Below, in pieces: positions 18,509 to 30,010 of a stretch of 64,000 nt of DNA; the first letter of the stretch is position 1; every line of letters begins with the position of its first letter. The notes below the pieces were generated by a model. That model was not told the DNA's origin. It made no database searches and saw only the letters and a list, made by a program, of their open reading frames with translations. A program made the position numbers and the translations under genes. The stretch is from a virus. Location of the stretch: positions 32,262 to 96,261 of IMG/VR virus record IMGVR_UViG_3300050821_017626; one strand, 5' to 3'.

Positions 18509-18907
18509 TCAAGGGTTTTCAGGAAGAGCATCGGGTTCTTCGACTGCAATGGGATAAGACTTGTCTTCGAACCAATCCGACGGATAGCGCTGGCGGAAAT
18601 CACTCGCGTGGGAAAGCAAGTGCTGGGCCACGCCCTCGGCGATGGGAACTTCCAGGAGGTATTCTGGGGAGAGGGTCTTGTCGGGGAGGATCACCTGCAG
18701 GGAGACATGGGGCGTTCCGGTCTCGGGGCAGTAGCGCTGCCGCGTCAGGTAGGTAAAGGTCGGTCCCTGGTTGGGCAACTGCGCGGCGAGCGCAGCAGCC
18801 TCGGCCTGGCGCTTGCGCATTTCTAGCAGTTGGGTCAACGTGGTTTCCTCTTCAGGGGTGATGCTCATGAAGAGATCACGAAGGGCGGTCATGCGGTCGG
18901 CATCCAT
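18509..18907 (-). CDS. Hypothetical protein
   Basis: AAAGGAG RBS before MDADRM. Confidence 0.6.
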   Translation of the reverse strand: MDADRMTALRDLFMSITPEEETTLTQLLEMRKRQAEAAALAAQLPNQGPTFTYLTRQRYCPETGTPHVSLQVILPDKTLSPEYLLEVPIAEGVAQHLLSHASDFRQRYPSDWFEDKSYPIAVEEPDALPENP

Positions 18908-19039
18908 GAAAGCTTGGGCTCCTTTCGAAACGGAAAATATACAGGGCATTATACCGTCCAAAGGCAAGGTTTGGCAACGTGTTTTTGCATATAGAATACG
19001 CGCACGCACGCATGTCAGGTGAGGGAGAAAATACACCTA

Positions 19040-19560
19040 CACTCTCGTTGAAAAATAGAGGACCAGTTTTGGTAGCATAAGCCATCTACGCTGATTATCT
19101 TACCAACGTATAAGGATACGCCTCACGCCTGAAAAACTCACTTTTAAAGGCGTCATTGTCGTAGTTGTAATAATATCGTCTGACATAACACTTTTACGAT
19201 ATGGGGTATGTTACAGTTGTAAGAGAGTAAAAACAGGTGATTCGGGAAAACACGGTATTACTGAGTAAATACAACTATCGTTTTAGGCACGGATTATGCC
19301 TAAAACGTTAAGAGTAAATAACCACAAAACTGACATTTTCTGATTCCGCTTTGGGAGGACCTGTTTTCACGGATTTTCTCAATTTTGTGGTTAAAGGGAA
19401 CTAACGGCCGTGCCTGAAGTGGGTTGTAACGATTGGGGATAGACACAAAATTGAGGTGCATGTTGATTCCCACAGCATAGCGGGATGTTTTCTCTTCGCC
19501 TAGCATGCGCGCATACGCGCGAGGGTTGCCAACCGCTCTGCAGTTGGCTACAATGCGGAT
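19040..19560. other. AT-rich non-coding divergence region with hairpins (candidate origin or control region)
   Basis: No credible ORF; CGTTTTAGGCA/TGCCTAAAACG inverted repeat at 19279-19307; AGGCACG motifs. Confidence 0.45.
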
Positions 19561-20291
19561 ATGACCCACCAAGAATTGATCGACGAACTCATGGCGCTCC
19601 CCGACCGGATCTATGTCGAGGAGCAGCGACTGATTGGAATGCAGCACCAGCAGGAGGAGCAACGGTTCCTAATTAAGAACCGGGAGGCGGATCTGTTGGG
19701 ACAGGAATACGGCCCGATCACAGGCAAGAATGAAGCCGTGCGCTCGGCGCAGCTCCACCTGCACACAGCGCCGGAGCGGGTGCAACTGCTGGAGATGGAG
19801 AGTGTCAGCCGTCGGCAGTTGGCACTGGTGGAGAAGTTGCGCAATCTTTTGGTTGCTTGTGAGGCGGCGGCGAGGTTGATGGCGGGCTAATGGCAAGGCA
19901 CGAGACTGAAATCGTTCGATCAGGGAGCTTGCAAGCTTGTATCGATTTGCAATTGGCTCCAATCATTCGATGGCTGTGGGGTCGGGGTATAAAAACCCTG
20001 CAATGTTGCCAGGGAGATGTTGGAAAGTCTGCCTATATTGTCTTCAAGACTTGCCGAGACCTGGAGATGTTCCTAGAAGCACTGCTTGGGGATAAAAGTG
20101 ATCGCGATTTTACAGATAGGGTTCTTCCCAATGATTGGGTTGGCAACGAGAACCTGACCTTCAAAAGCGAAACTAAGAAATGGAGATACGATATGAAATG
20201 CAACTTCGGGGCTTGTGATATTAGATTTTGCGCTGGCGTTTATTTCCCACCAGAAGATATTCCTGAGGTGATGGAAAGGTTGATGGCTTAA
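19561..20291 (+). other. Conserved phage hypothetical proteins 19561-19890 (GKNExxR coiled coil) and 19890-20291 (IDxxLAPII...TLQCCQG)
   Basis: Coupled TAATG junctions; motifs recalled from uncharacterised phage families. Confidence 0.7.
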
Positions 20292-20620
20292 TGGGGCACA
20301 TCGCAGTTGATCTTGACGGAACCCTAGCTTACTACGAGTCAGGCTACGCTACCCAGGGCACCATTGGCCGTCCGATTCCGTCCATGTTGGCACGGGTGAA
20401 GAGGTGGCTTGCCGAAGGTCGGGAGGTGAAGATATTCACGGCCCGTGTCTCACACGGAGACGAAAGCATTCGTCAAGAGATCGAGGATTGGTGCCAGCAG
20501 CATATCGGTCGGGTGATTCCGATTACTTGCTGCAAAGATTATCAGACCATTGAAATTTGGGATGATCGCGCGGTACAGGTCGGGATGAATACAGGTGCAA
20601 GGGTGGACGGGAAGGAATGA
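20291..20620 (+). CDS. HAD-superfamily phosphatase (polynucleotide kinase-phosphatase-like)
   Basis: DLDGTL, IFTAR, K, WDDRAV motifs. Confidence 0.85.
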   Translation: MGHIAVDLDGTLAYYESGYATQGTIGRPIPSMLARVKRWLAEGREVKIFTARVSHGDESIRQEIEDWCQQHIGRVIPITCCKDYQTIEIWDDRAVQVGMNTGARVDGKE

Positions 20621-21058
20621 CCGAAGCCGAATGCCTGGAACTGGTCTACCGACTGATTGCAGACAGCACAGATGGGATGACCGAGGAAGAAATTCAACGG
20701 ATCGTTGACTGGGTGCATATTGTTCGTTCCGACAGTATGGTGTTGAAGTTGTTTTATGCGGGTAAGGTTCGATTGTATTGGCCTGATGGTGGGGAATTGA
20801 TGATTGGGCTGCGGGAGAAAGCGTGATGGAATGCGCCAACTGCGGCGGCATAATCCAGTCTGTGGATGACGTAGAGTTTCATAAAGGCCGCTGTCTTGAT
20901 TATCTGTATGTGCCCGCCGAAGATTTGGCGGACGTTCTCAAAGTGATTGGGCAAGCGTTAAGCGTCACAGCGCATAGCCCGGCAAAATGTGGAAATCGAG
21001 TGTGGGAGAGGCTTAACCGGTGGTGCGCGGTGAGGAAAGCAACCCGGAAATGACGGAG

Positions 21059-21079
21059 TTGACAGGGCAGGTGTATAAT
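21059..21079 (+). promoter_or_regulatory. Short-spaced promoter TTGACA-N9-TATAAT
   Basis: Upstream of 21137-21517. Confidence 0.5.
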
Positions 21080-21136
21080 AGTAGAGACCAATTTTGATTT
21101 TTCAGCAACTGCTATCATACAAGGGAGACCACCGCC

Positions 21137-21517
21137 ATGTTTGATTGTCCGAACATGTATTCCGGCAAGCCGATGGGCGACTACATGGATACGGCCGAGA
21201 CGATTCCGGGTGTCTCGGTTCCGCCTGCGCCGATGTCGCACCCGGAGTATGGCCATGCGCCCGGTCCCTGGCCGGAGCAGATGGGGGTAATGGGCGGCGG
21301 TGGCTGGGCGGACGAGGTGCTGCCGAAGGGACCGGAGCACGGCAAGGGCCTCTGGATGGCCCCTATCGGTGTTGATGGAGAGCATTTTAACGAGGAGATC
21401 CCGGTCGAGAAGCCTTACTTTGGAACCGAGTACGTCGGAACTGATGGTATTCTTAAAACGGTGATGGATTGGGATGATCGCTATCTGGAACATCGCCGGA
21501 TGACGGATACTCACTAG
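21137..21517 (+). CDS. Pro/Gly-rich hypothetical protein, possibly virion-associated
   Basis: GGGAG RBS; 126 aa. Confidence 0.65.
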   Translation: MFDCPNMYSGKPMGDYMDTAETIPGVSVPPAPMSHPEYGHAPGPWPEQMGVMGGGGWADEVLPKGPEHGKGLWMAPIGVDGEHFNEEIPVEKPYFGTEYVGTDGILKTVMDWDDRYLEHRRMTDTH

Positions 21518-21746
21518 CGAAGATACGGGAGGTTCACATGAGTTGCCTATCCGTCATCGCTGTCTTCGTATTGTTCCTGTGGCTCCTCGGCTTTTCATTC
21601 CACCTGGGAAGTTTGATCCATTTGCTTCTTTTTGTGGCATTGGTCGTTTTTGTTGCGGATATTTTGCGTAGTGGGAGCCGGTAGGAGATTTTCGCGCAGC
21701 AGGGGGTTGGAGCTTGGGCGCCTGAGGGTTCAGGCGCCCATTTTTT

Positions 21747-22010
21747 CTACGAAGCCACTTCTTCAGACAGCCCCTCGTTCTCCTCTTCCTCTGTTGGACT
21801 GGGATGGAACTCAAATCGAGCTGCGACTTCGGGATCTTCGGTGATGAGCAGGGCGTAGTCGTCAGCGGTGCCGGTGCAGTCGGCTAGGTATATACCAGCC
21901 TTTTTCATCTCTTCCAGTTGGTCGGCGCCTCGGCGTAGACCGTTGATCATGTCGTCGATGGATTCAGCATCGGACGTAATCCATTTATTCCTCCAAGTCA
22001 TTTCCCACAT
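21747..22010 (-). CDS. Hypothetical protein
   Basis: AAAGGAG RBS; WRNKWITSDAESIDDM. Confidence 0.65.
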   Translation of the reverse strand: MWEMTWRNKWITSDAESIDDMINGLRRGADQLEEMKKAGIYLADCTGTADDYALLITEDPEVAARFEFHPSPTEEEENEGLSEEVAS

Positions 22011-22067
22011 TGGTTTCTCCTTTCGAAAGTAGATATCCAGTGTTTACGATGCAAGATGTGTGCCAAT

Positions 22068-22970
22068 CTATAGGTCCCACACCTGCGTTACGTCTTTTAG
22101 TTTGCGGAGAGTGTCCTGAGTGTACTTCATGAATTCTTGATCTAGGTTCAATTTGGATCGGCCAGGGTTGATTGGAAACTGAAGGCGGTATGTCAGCCAA
22201 TCAAGGGCAACGTCTACTTGCTGTTGTTTTTCAATCAGGTATGGGCGCATAGCTTTTAGCATGTAGTAGCTACTTTCAATTGAAGCAATACAGGCTTGGT
22301 GCATGGGTTTGTGGTTTTCGGTCTTTGTTTTATGATTGGTGTTCCTAGTTATGCTTCCGCCAAACGCGGCAGTATAGTCTTCTAGGATTGGGAGACAAGC
22401 AGAACTTACTTGAATTAACAGTCGCAGGCTATTCTTCCCGCGCTGATAATCGGTGGTCACCGACCCCTCGCCGTCGTAATGTCCTGCGAAATACTGGTTT
22501 GTGCAAGGATTAATGGTCTTTCCTTCAAAACGGCCGCTAGTTTTGTCTCCGTTGAGTGCTATTAATGTAGAATAAGTTTTTTGCGCGACATCTGGGTTCA
22601 TTGGGATGTTGTTAGCGGATACGGGCCATTGTAAGCGATAGTATAGGTAACGGAGGGCTGTTTCAATCTGATCCAGTTTCTCAAACGCGTACGGTTTTAT
22701 GGTTTCAAGAAAGCGCTTTGTTTCCAACAAACCTTGCGATGACCACTGGTGGGCAAGTGTTCTGTTCTGTTCCTTGTCTTTTTCCGTATGGTTTACTTTC
22801 GTTATGCATCCTCCAAAAGCGTCCTTGTAGATTGAAATATTGGGGAGACAGACGCCAGGGACAGCGCAGCAAAGAAATAATGTCTTTTTATTTGGTCTCA
22901 ATCTACAGCTTATACTACCTTCCGCATCAAAATGGCCCGCAAAGTACTTGGCACTAGGAGTTTGTGACAT
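22068..22970 (-). mobile_element. Free-standing double-motif LAGLIDADG homing endonuclease
   Basis: YFAGHFDAEGSI and YFAGHYDGEGSV, each followed by FGG and LxxIxPY-type segments; AT-richer than flanks. Confidence 0.9.
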
Positions 22971-23065
22971 CTGTTTCCCTCTCCACGATCTAACTTGTGC
23001 CGTTATTGGCTACACTCATAGTAGCATAAACCGTGCCAAATAAAGGGTTTGGAGCTATATTACTG

Positions 23066-24841
23066 ATGGCAAAACCAAATACGAATCCGGGAACAGATAT
23101 CTCCCCCATCCCTAGCCAAACTCCGTTGCCAACCATTGGTTTCATCAGGAAGCTTACGCAACGCATTACTACCATACTGCTTGGCCGGGACATAACCACG
23201 TATCCACAGGTCCTTGGGAACACATCTGAGACTGGCGCTTCCGACGCAAGCTACCAAAGCTTCACGAACCCTTTCTGGAGAATTAACTACGAAAGGCGTT
23301 CCATAGCCATGGATTTGAGGGATCAAGACATGAACGACCCTCTTATTTCCACGGCGCTAGATGTGATTGCGGACTGCGCCACAGGCATGGAAAATCCTGC
23401 AGAAGACGCCTTCATGTGGCAGTTCGATCAGAACAACCCTGCTGCCGAGAAAATTCTGCAAGAGATGAAGATACGCACGGATTTGGGGCATGAATGTTGG
23501 CGTATCGTTCGTGGGTTTGTCCGTGACGGGGAAGAGTTTCGTGAGGTCGTGGCGGATGAATCCTATACCATACGTCGCTTTAAGTTCCTCCCCAATTATC
23601 AAGTGACCCCTTCTCTTGACCCTTACGGCAATAAAAGTCCGGGGTGGGAGCAACGCTTAGACGGTGCGAATTTCGGGCGCCCTATTCTGTTTGCCGAATG
23701 GCAGATATGCCCTTTCATCTATGGAGCCCGACGAGGGTACTACGGAACGGGCTTGATGATGCCAGCCCGAAGGACCTGGAAACGCCTTACCAAGATGGAA
23801 GACGGTATGGCGATGGCTCGTATGATACGGGCTTATGATCGTCTTGTTCACCATATTCCTGTCAAAGAGGAGTGGGACGAGCGGCGGCAACTCGATAAGG
23901 TGCGCAATTACTATCAATCTATACTCCGTAGGCGCGGCATTGATCAGGACAACAACCTATTCTGGCGTGAGAATCCCTATCAGGTAGAAACGGACTTCTT
24001 TCTTCCGCAGGACGGCAGCGAGAGAGCCAAGATAGAGATTCTTGAGTCGAAGAACAATCAGTTGATGAATATCGACGACGTTCTTTATCATCAAGCGTTA
24101 TTGTTGGCTAGAACAAAGGTGCCCGCAAAGTATCTCAATTTGGTACGTAAGTCAGGCGCCCTCATCGATGCCAACCTTTCCGCTGAGGACATTCAGTTCG
24201 CTCGCACCCTTCGCCAAGTGCAGGCCGTCCTCCGCCAAGGACTTCTTCGTCTAGCCCACTACGCACTTGCGTTTCAGGGTTATGATGCTGACGCCATCGG
24301 AGTAGGGGTGATTCTTCCAAAGATTTCAACGGAAGATCAACTCCGCGACGCTAAAATTCAGTTCACCGCCTCGCAAGCAGCTCTTACCTTTTCACAGGTA
24401 CTTCCCCACGGCCTGCCACCCGACCTGATTGCTAACAAGTACATGTCGCTCGGCCCCGACGACAAAAAGATCCTCGCCGAATGGATCGCCGCCGGAGACG
24501 AGACCCATGCCGAACTCCATCGCCAGATGGGCATCATCATCCCTGATAGCAAAATTCCAGGCGCCCCTGGAGCCCAGAACTTCAAACCCTTCGCCAAACC
24601 CGGCATGGCCGGCGATGATGGGGGCGACGACGAGGATGGAGATGGCGGAGACGATGCTACCCAGAGCCAGGTAACCCTGGATCAGGTGGCGCAATCGCTG
24701 ACCAATCTGCAACTTCTGGCGCAGCAGGAGATGGAGAAGCGGGGCAGCCGGTTCAAAGTAGGTCGTGCCGAGCGTCTCGACAACACCCGGCGGATTCTCC
24801 AAGAAATCATGGATGAGGGCCATGCTGGCAGCACTCTCTAA
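23066..24841 (+). CDS. Portal protein (T4 gp20-like)
   Basis: DPLISTALDVIAD, YYGTG, WKRLTKMEDGM..AR..RA.DR, TDFFLP, EDIQFARTL match T4-type portal motifs. Confidence 0.88.
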   Translation: MAKPNTNPGTDISPIPSQTPLPTIGFIRKLTQRITTILLGRDITTYPQVLGNTSETGASDASYQSFTNPFWRINYERRSIAMDLRDQDMNDPLISTALDVIADCATGMENPAEDAFMWQFDQNNPAAEKILQEMKIRTDLGHECWRIVRGFVRDGEEFREVVADESYTIRRFKFLPNYQVTPSLDPYGNKSPGWEQRLDGANFGRPILFAEWQICPFIYGARRGYYGTGLMMPARRTWKRLTKMEDGMAMARMIRAYDRLVHHIPVKEEWDERRQLDKVRNYYQSILRRRGIDQDNNLFWRENPYQVETDFFLPQDGSERAKIEILESKNNQLMNIDDVLYHQALLLARTKVPAKYLNLVRKSGALIDANLSAEDIQFARTLRQVQAVLRQGLLRLAHYALAFQGYDADAIGVGVILPKISTEDQLRDAKIQFTASQAALTFSQVLPHGLPPDLIANKYMSLGPDDKKILAEWIAAGDETHAELHRQMGIIIPDSKIPGAPGAQNFKPFAKPGMAGDDGGDDEDGDGGDDATQSQVTLDQVAQSLTNLQLLAQQEMEKRGSRFKVGRAERLDNTRRILQEIMDEGHAGSTL

Positions 24842-25826
24842 TCGCCAACTCACTCTGCTCTATCAGCAACTCGACCTAACGCGCCGCCAATACCACCTTC
24901 TGCTGCAGTCGCGTCCACCGCGAAACAAGAGACGGGAACGCGGAGCCTGGGTTAGGCCAGGCTTGAGTGAGAGTGCCCTGGCCCTGGAGACGCGCCTCCT
25001 GAAGAGCTACAACAATCTTGGCAGCGATCTGCTGAAGTCGCTCTCCGGTCCGATGGATGATATATCCTCGGGCCGGATGCTCCAGGCCAAGAAGATCGGC
25101 ACCCATCGCCAGGAAGAGGAAGACGCCCTGAAGTTCTTCGGGGTGGATGAGGACGAGATCGACCAGCCGGTGGACAAGAACCGTCTCCCGGCTCTTCTCG
25201 CGCTCCTTGCCCTCTGGAAGACACGCCACTTGGCGATCAGTGATGCGGCCATCTCGGAGGAGTTTCAGCGAGGGCGAACTAAGGCGCTGGCCGCTGCAAA
25301 GCGGCCCAACGCTTCCTCGCAGCCGGACACGGCCGCGCTGGAACATGCGGTTCTGGCGAAGTTCGAGGGCGATATCGACCGGCTGGAGGCTGGGCTTCGA
25401 GATGGGACTGTAAGGTCGTATGGCATTCAGTGGATCTTGGAAAACAGCGCAAGTATCGGCCAGGCGGCTGCCTATACGAGGAGGCTCCTAGACGCCGAAT
25501 CCTTCCGCGTTTCGATGCTGGCCGAAGCGGCTACCTGGGATGCGTTTCGCAGTGGGGAAAGAGCTGGCGCTGTGGAGGCGTCAAGAAGCATCCTCGCTGC
25601 GCTCGGCCACCCTTTTCCGCAGTTGGCCACCGATTTGACGGACGATGAAAAAGAAGAACTGCCGCGCTACGCATGGTCTGGGCCACAGGATTCAGTAACC
25701 TGCGGGCCTTGCAGCGGTCATGCCGGAATTGTAGTTTACGCTCTTTCTCTCGATGCTCTTCCTGACCCAACCTCAATATGTGATTACGGTCGTAATTGTA
25801 GACATTCATGGGAGATTGTCTCCTGA
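24822..25826 (+). CDS. Head morphogenesis / minor capsid protein (Mu gpF/SPP1 gp7-like)
   Basis: Follows the portal; C-terminal DSVTCGPC...C..GRNCRH. Confidence 0.65.
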   Translation: MLAALSNRQLTLLYQQLDLTRRQYHLLLQSRPPRNKRRERGAWVRPGLSESALALETRLLKSYNNLGSDLLKSLSGPMDDISSGRMLQAKKIGTHRQEEEDALKFFGVDEDEIDQPVDKNRLPALLALLALWKTRHLAISDAAISEEFQRGRTKALAAAKRPNASSQPDTAALEHAVLAKFEGDIDRLEAGLRDGTVRSYGIQWILENSASIGQAAAYTRRLLDAESFRVSMLAEAATWDAFRSGERAGAVEASRSILAALGHPFPQLATDLTDDEKEELPRYAWSGPQDSVTCGPCSGHAGIVVYALSLDALPDPTSICDYGRNCRHSWEIVS

Positions 25827-25835
25827 AATGCTCTG

Positions 25836-25863
25836 TTGTCACCACTCGGTATAATAAATAGGG
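25836..25863 (+). promoter_or_regulatory. Late-type promoter TTGTCA-N8-TATAATAAATAGGG
   Basis: 17-mer CGGTATAATAAATAGGG is identical to 54804-54820. Confidence 0.65.
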
Positions 25864-25920
25864 AGCCCTGTTTCCCCTCCTTTTTCCCCGCCTCACCCTG
25901 CCGCACGAGGGCCTTTTCCG

Positions 25921-28905
25921 ATGCCTCTCCCCGAGAGAACCGTAAAAATAGTCGATGCTAGTGGCAACGACATTAATTCACTGAATCCGCTTCCCACAAC
26001 GGGCGGAGGCGGCGGTGGTGGTGGCACGTCTCAGGCGGACAACAGCACCTTTACTGAAGGGACTACAAGCGTCACCCCGATTGCCGGTGAATACAATACC
26101 TCGGCAGGCGCGGCCACCTCGGGAAAAGCGGCAGCGGTTCAGATCACCCAGAATCGTGGCCTCCACATCAATCTCCGCAACGCGGCCGGGACGGAAATTG
26201 GCACGGTGGCCAACCCAGTGCAGGTGGCCGGAATCAGTGGCGGCGGGTCCTCTTCGGTTTTTGCCTCTCAGGTGGGAACCTGGAATGTTGGCATCACGGG
26301 CACAGCAGCCGTTACCCAGTCGGGAGGCTGGACGGTCTCCGCCAACCAGGGAACCGCAGCCGCTAAGTCTTCCGCGTGGCCGTTTATCCTTACCGACAGC
26401 GTTCAGAATCAGGCGGGTATCACTGCAGCCGGGGCGCTCAAGGTCGACGGCAGCGCTGTTACGCAGCCGGTATCAGGGACGGTGACAGCCAACGCTGGCA
26501 GCGGAACTTTCACTGTTGGTGGAACGGTGACGGCAAATGCGGGTTCAGGCACTTTCGCCATTCAGGCCACTGCTGGGGCGCCTGCCTCCGCGCAGCTTTC
26601 TGATGGTGCTGCCTTCTATGTTGCCGCAAAAACGGGACAACTCCCGACCGCTTTGACGGGCAGCGGCAATTTGAAGGTATCGCTGGCAGAAAGCACGGCA
26701 ACGCAAGCCGTTAGCGGGACCATCACGGCTAACCAGGGAACGGCGGGTGGATCTTCCTGGCCGGTAGCCTTGCCGGGCACCGTTTCTGCGGTCAACTCCA
26801 CGACCGTTACTCTCCCTAGCAGCAGCGTTTTTACCGGAACGTCCGAAGACATTTCCGGCTTTGCCTCTGTGGCCGTTTCGGTATTTACCGACCAGAACAG
26901 TGCGGCCGGCGGTCTTTCCCCACAGTTCTCCTCAGATGGCACCCACTGGGATTTCGCTGGCTCCCACACGATCTCTTCTTCGATTGGACAGGTATTTACC
27001 TGGCCGGCACAGGCTCGTTTCTGGCGAATTGTCTACACGAATGGAGCACAAACGCAAGGAACGTTCCGCCTGCAGACGGTTTATCATCCTGTTGAGATCA
27101 GTCCGGCTACCCGCTACACTTTGCAGGATGGGGATGCTAACGTTAGCACCATGCGGTTCGGTGCCAACCTTTGTGCCCTGAACACTTCGTCACAGTGGGA
27201 TCGGATGCGGGGGTCGGTTACAGGAGGCTTGTGGGTTCAGGGTCCGGCGGTAACCGGAGCGCCGGTTGCTGGGAACCCAGTCTATGTGGGTGGTAAGGAT
27301 GGGAGTGGAAACCTACAACCGTTCACCATTGCCAACAGTCGCCTCGACGTAAACGTTGGTAAAATTCCCGGCACCATTTCCGCAGTCAACTCCTCGACGG
27401 CAACCTTGACCTCCGGCTCCGCTTTTACTGGCACTTCGGAAGATGTGTCGGGATATGGGTCGATCACGATCAACGTTTTCGCGGATCAATCCTCGGCCGC
27501 AGGTGGTCTCTCTCTACAGTTTTCTTCAGACGGGACCCATTGGGATGTCTCAATGGGCCTTACTGTAACTTTGAATGTGGGAGCGTCCTACACTGTTGCT
27601 CCCGAGGCTCAGTTCTTTAGGGTTGTATATACGAACGGCGGCACCAACCAGGGAACATTCCGGCTGCAGACGGTTTACCACCAGACAACGGCTCAGCAGT
27701 ATACATTCTTCCAAGATGTAAACGCCTCCATAAACCCCACTGCAGCGGGTCAGCGAGTGATGGCTGATCTTCTTATTCAAGATCCCGTGGGCGGGGTGAC
27801 GAACCGGGCGCGAGCGGCGATTGCGTTGGTAGCGGGCGTGGGTGGTGGAGCGCACCTGGGGCAGGCAGCGGCTCTTTACGATATCAGTTCCACTAAATTT
27901 TGGCCGATGGAGAATACTCCTTCGGTGACGGCTACAACGGGGCAGAACCTGCTGGGCGTCGGGCCTTGCCTTTGGGATCTTGTGGGCACCACGAACTTCG
28001 TCAAGCAGGCCGGTGATGGTTCCGGGAGGACCATGGTGGTGGGGCCGGCGGCTATCGGCGCGGCGGCAGCAGCGAACCCGGTTCTTCCAGGCATAACTGA
28101 TGCCAGCGGCAACGTGCAGTATGTCAAGCAGACTACGGCAGTTACCGGGACGACGGGTTTGGGGCTGGCGGCGGCGGGACCGTGCCTTTGGGATCTTGTG
28201 GGCACCACGAGCTTTGTGAAGCAGGCGGGAGATGGGTCGGGCCGGGCAATGGTAGTTGGTGCGGCAGCGGCGGGTTCAGCGGTGGCAGGGAACCCGGTGC
28301 TCCTGGCCGGCAGTGATAATACCAACGCTCAAACTCTGTCCACGACAACCACTTCTGGCGCAGCTATCCCCAACAACGGCAAGGGCATCTTGGCGACTGC
28401 CTTGTGCAGCTTTCATAGCTCCAGCACCTATTTCCCAGCGGGCGATTTCCAGGCAGATGGAAACAACTCACAGGGGATGATCGGGGCGCAGCCTCTCATT
28501 TATAATGGCGTCAACTGGGATCGGCCCCGGAACAACGTCGATGTTACTCTGCTGGCCTCCGCCGCGCGCACTACCACGCAGACGAGCGCGGATATCGTGG
28601 CCTATAATTGCCAGGCCATTATCTTGACTCTTGATGTCACCGCTACGGGTGGCACGATAAGTTTGACACCGACGATCAATTATAAAGACCCCGCAAGCGG
28701 GAAGTACATTCAATTGCTGGCCGGAACCACCGTGGCGGCAACAGGAACGACAACGTATGTGATCGATCCGAGGTTGGTGAGCGGAACCCCTCCCTGGACG
28801 AAGACGGTTCCTTCGGCGTTAGGTAGGATCTTCCAGGTGGTAATTACGGTTGGAAATGCGAATTCACAGACCTACAGCGTAGGTTATACGCTGGTGCCCA
28901 CATAA
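25921..28905 (+). CDS. Large Gly/Thr/Ser/Ala-rich virion structural (fibre/decoration) protein with internal repeats
   Basis: Two copies of an approximately 105-aa domain (SAVNS..T.TL...FTGTSED...QFSSDGTHWD...FRLQTVYH) and two of GPCLWDLVGTT.FVKQAGDGSGR. Confidence 0.7.
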   Translation: MPLPERTVKIVDASGNDINSLNPLPTTGGGGGGGGTSQADNSTFTEGTTSVTPIAGEYNTSAGAATSGKAAAVQITQNRGLHINLRNAAGTEIGTVANPVQVAGISGGGSSSVFASQVGTWNVGITGTAAVTQSGGWTVSANQGTAAAKSSAWPFILTDSVQNQAGITAAGALKVDGSAVTQPVSGTVTANAGSGTFTVGGTVTANAGSGTFAIQATAGAPASAQLSDGAAFYVAAKTGQLPTALTGSGNLKVSLAESTATQAVSGTITANQGTAGGSSWPVALPGTVSAVNSTTVTLPSSSVFTGTSEDISGFASVAVSVFTDQNSAAGGLSPQFSSDGTHWDFAGSHTISSSIGQVFTWPAQARFWRIVYTNGAQTQGTFRLQTVYHPVEISPATRYTLQDGDANVSTMRFGANLCALNTSSQWDRMRGSVTGGLWVQGPAVTGAPVAGNPVYVGGKDGSGNLQPFTIANSRLDVNVGKIPGTISAVNSSTATLTSGSAFTGTSEDVSGYGSITINVFADQSSAAGGLSLQFSSDGTHWDVSMGLTVTLNVGASYTVAPEAQFFRVVYTNGGTNQGTFRLQTVYHQTTAQQYTFFQDVNASINPTAAGQRVMADLLIQDPVGGVTNRARAAIALVAGVGGGAHLGQAAALYDISSTKFWPMENTPSVTATTGQNLLGVGPCLWDLVGTTNFVKQAGDGSGRTMVVGPAAIGAAAAANPVLPGITDASGNVQYVKQTTAVTGTTGLGLAAAGPCLWDLVGTTSFVKQAGDGSGRAMVVGAAAAGSAVAGNPVLLAGSDNTNAQTLSTTTTSGAAIPNNGKGILATALCSFHSSSTYFPAGDFQADGNNSQGMIGAQPLIYNGVNWDRPRNNVDVTLLASAARTTTQTSADIVAYNCQAIILTLDVTATGGTISLTPTINYKDPASGKYIQLLAGTTVAATGTTTYVIDPRLVSGTPPWTKTVPSALGRIFQVVITVGNANSQTYSVGYTLVPT

Positions 28906-28921
28906 GGAGCAAAGATACACA

Positions 28922-29896
28922 ATGCAAGACGCAAACACTTACATCCATCTCACGCCTGCGAGCACTACGGTTAACGCGAAGATTGGGCCAGGCGCACTGC
29001 ACACGGTCTCGATTAACGAGGTCGGTACCTCTATCGTGACGATGTACGATGGCGTAGATGGCTCGGGAACGATCATCGCTAAGCTCGATCCAGGTGAGAA
29101 GAGGACATATATTTACGACGTAGGGTTTACGGTCGGCCTCTCTGTGGTCGTGGGTGCCGGTGCTGGCACTCTGGATGCGACTGTAAGTTTTCGCTAGGAG
29201 ATACTATGCCCAGCAAAATCCTCCATGCCACCAAAGACAGGTCGGGCTACCACTTCCTGGTCCACCTCGACACCGCCATGACCGTGGGCTCGCACGAGGC
29301 GCACGAGTTGTCGCTGCCCGAAGGCGCGCCGCACCCGCATTTCGTCAGGAAGTGGGACTTCGGCAATCTGACGCCGGGCGTCCACGTGCAGTATGGCAAG
29401 GACATGACCGAGAAGGAGTACCTGGCCTCGATCAAGGAGCACCTGGCCGAGCAGGTGGCTCTGGAACTGGAGGGCATCCGCTTCTATCAGCCTGCGGCCC
29501 CGAAACATGAGAAGGTGGAAGAACTCCACGGATTGGAGATTTAAGATGGCCTTAACAGACTACCAAGCGGAAGCGTTACTCACGTCCACTCCCTTCCTGC
29601 AGCGTGTGGCGCTCAATCTCGGCATCATCTGCCAGAACATCGAGAGCGAATCGGCGGGAACGGCGCTCCACGCGCAGCGCGTGCGATTGGCGAACCAGAT
29701 CATCACCGGAACCGGGGGCAACCCTGCGTCGGCCCCCATCGTGGCTGAGTTCGCGGAGCAGGTTCTTACGCAGCTCAACCTCTCGACCACGAGTCTGGTC
29801 ACCGTCAATGGGGTCGCCAATGCTGATGTGGACACCACCGACGCAAGTTTGCAAACTGTAATATCTAGCATTTACAACGATTTTATCTCTAGCTGA
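28922..29896 (+). other. Three small putative structural genes (28922-29197, 29206-29544, 29546-29896)
   Basis: Tightly packed in the late operon; GGAG RBSs. Confidence 0.7.
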
Positions 29897-30010
29897 GATC
29901 GATTGTCCCGACTTGAAAGCCAGCGAGACCGGCAAGGGCCTCGCTGGCGGGCACGCGCATTTCGATCCTGCGCGTGCCAATCATACCACAGTTGCTTCTA
30001 AACTTTCAAG

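Noticed and set aside
19174-19202. Second dif-like site (TTATGTCAGAC arm on the minus strand)
   Set aside because: The partner arm and 6-bp spacer do not fit the 11-6-11 layout
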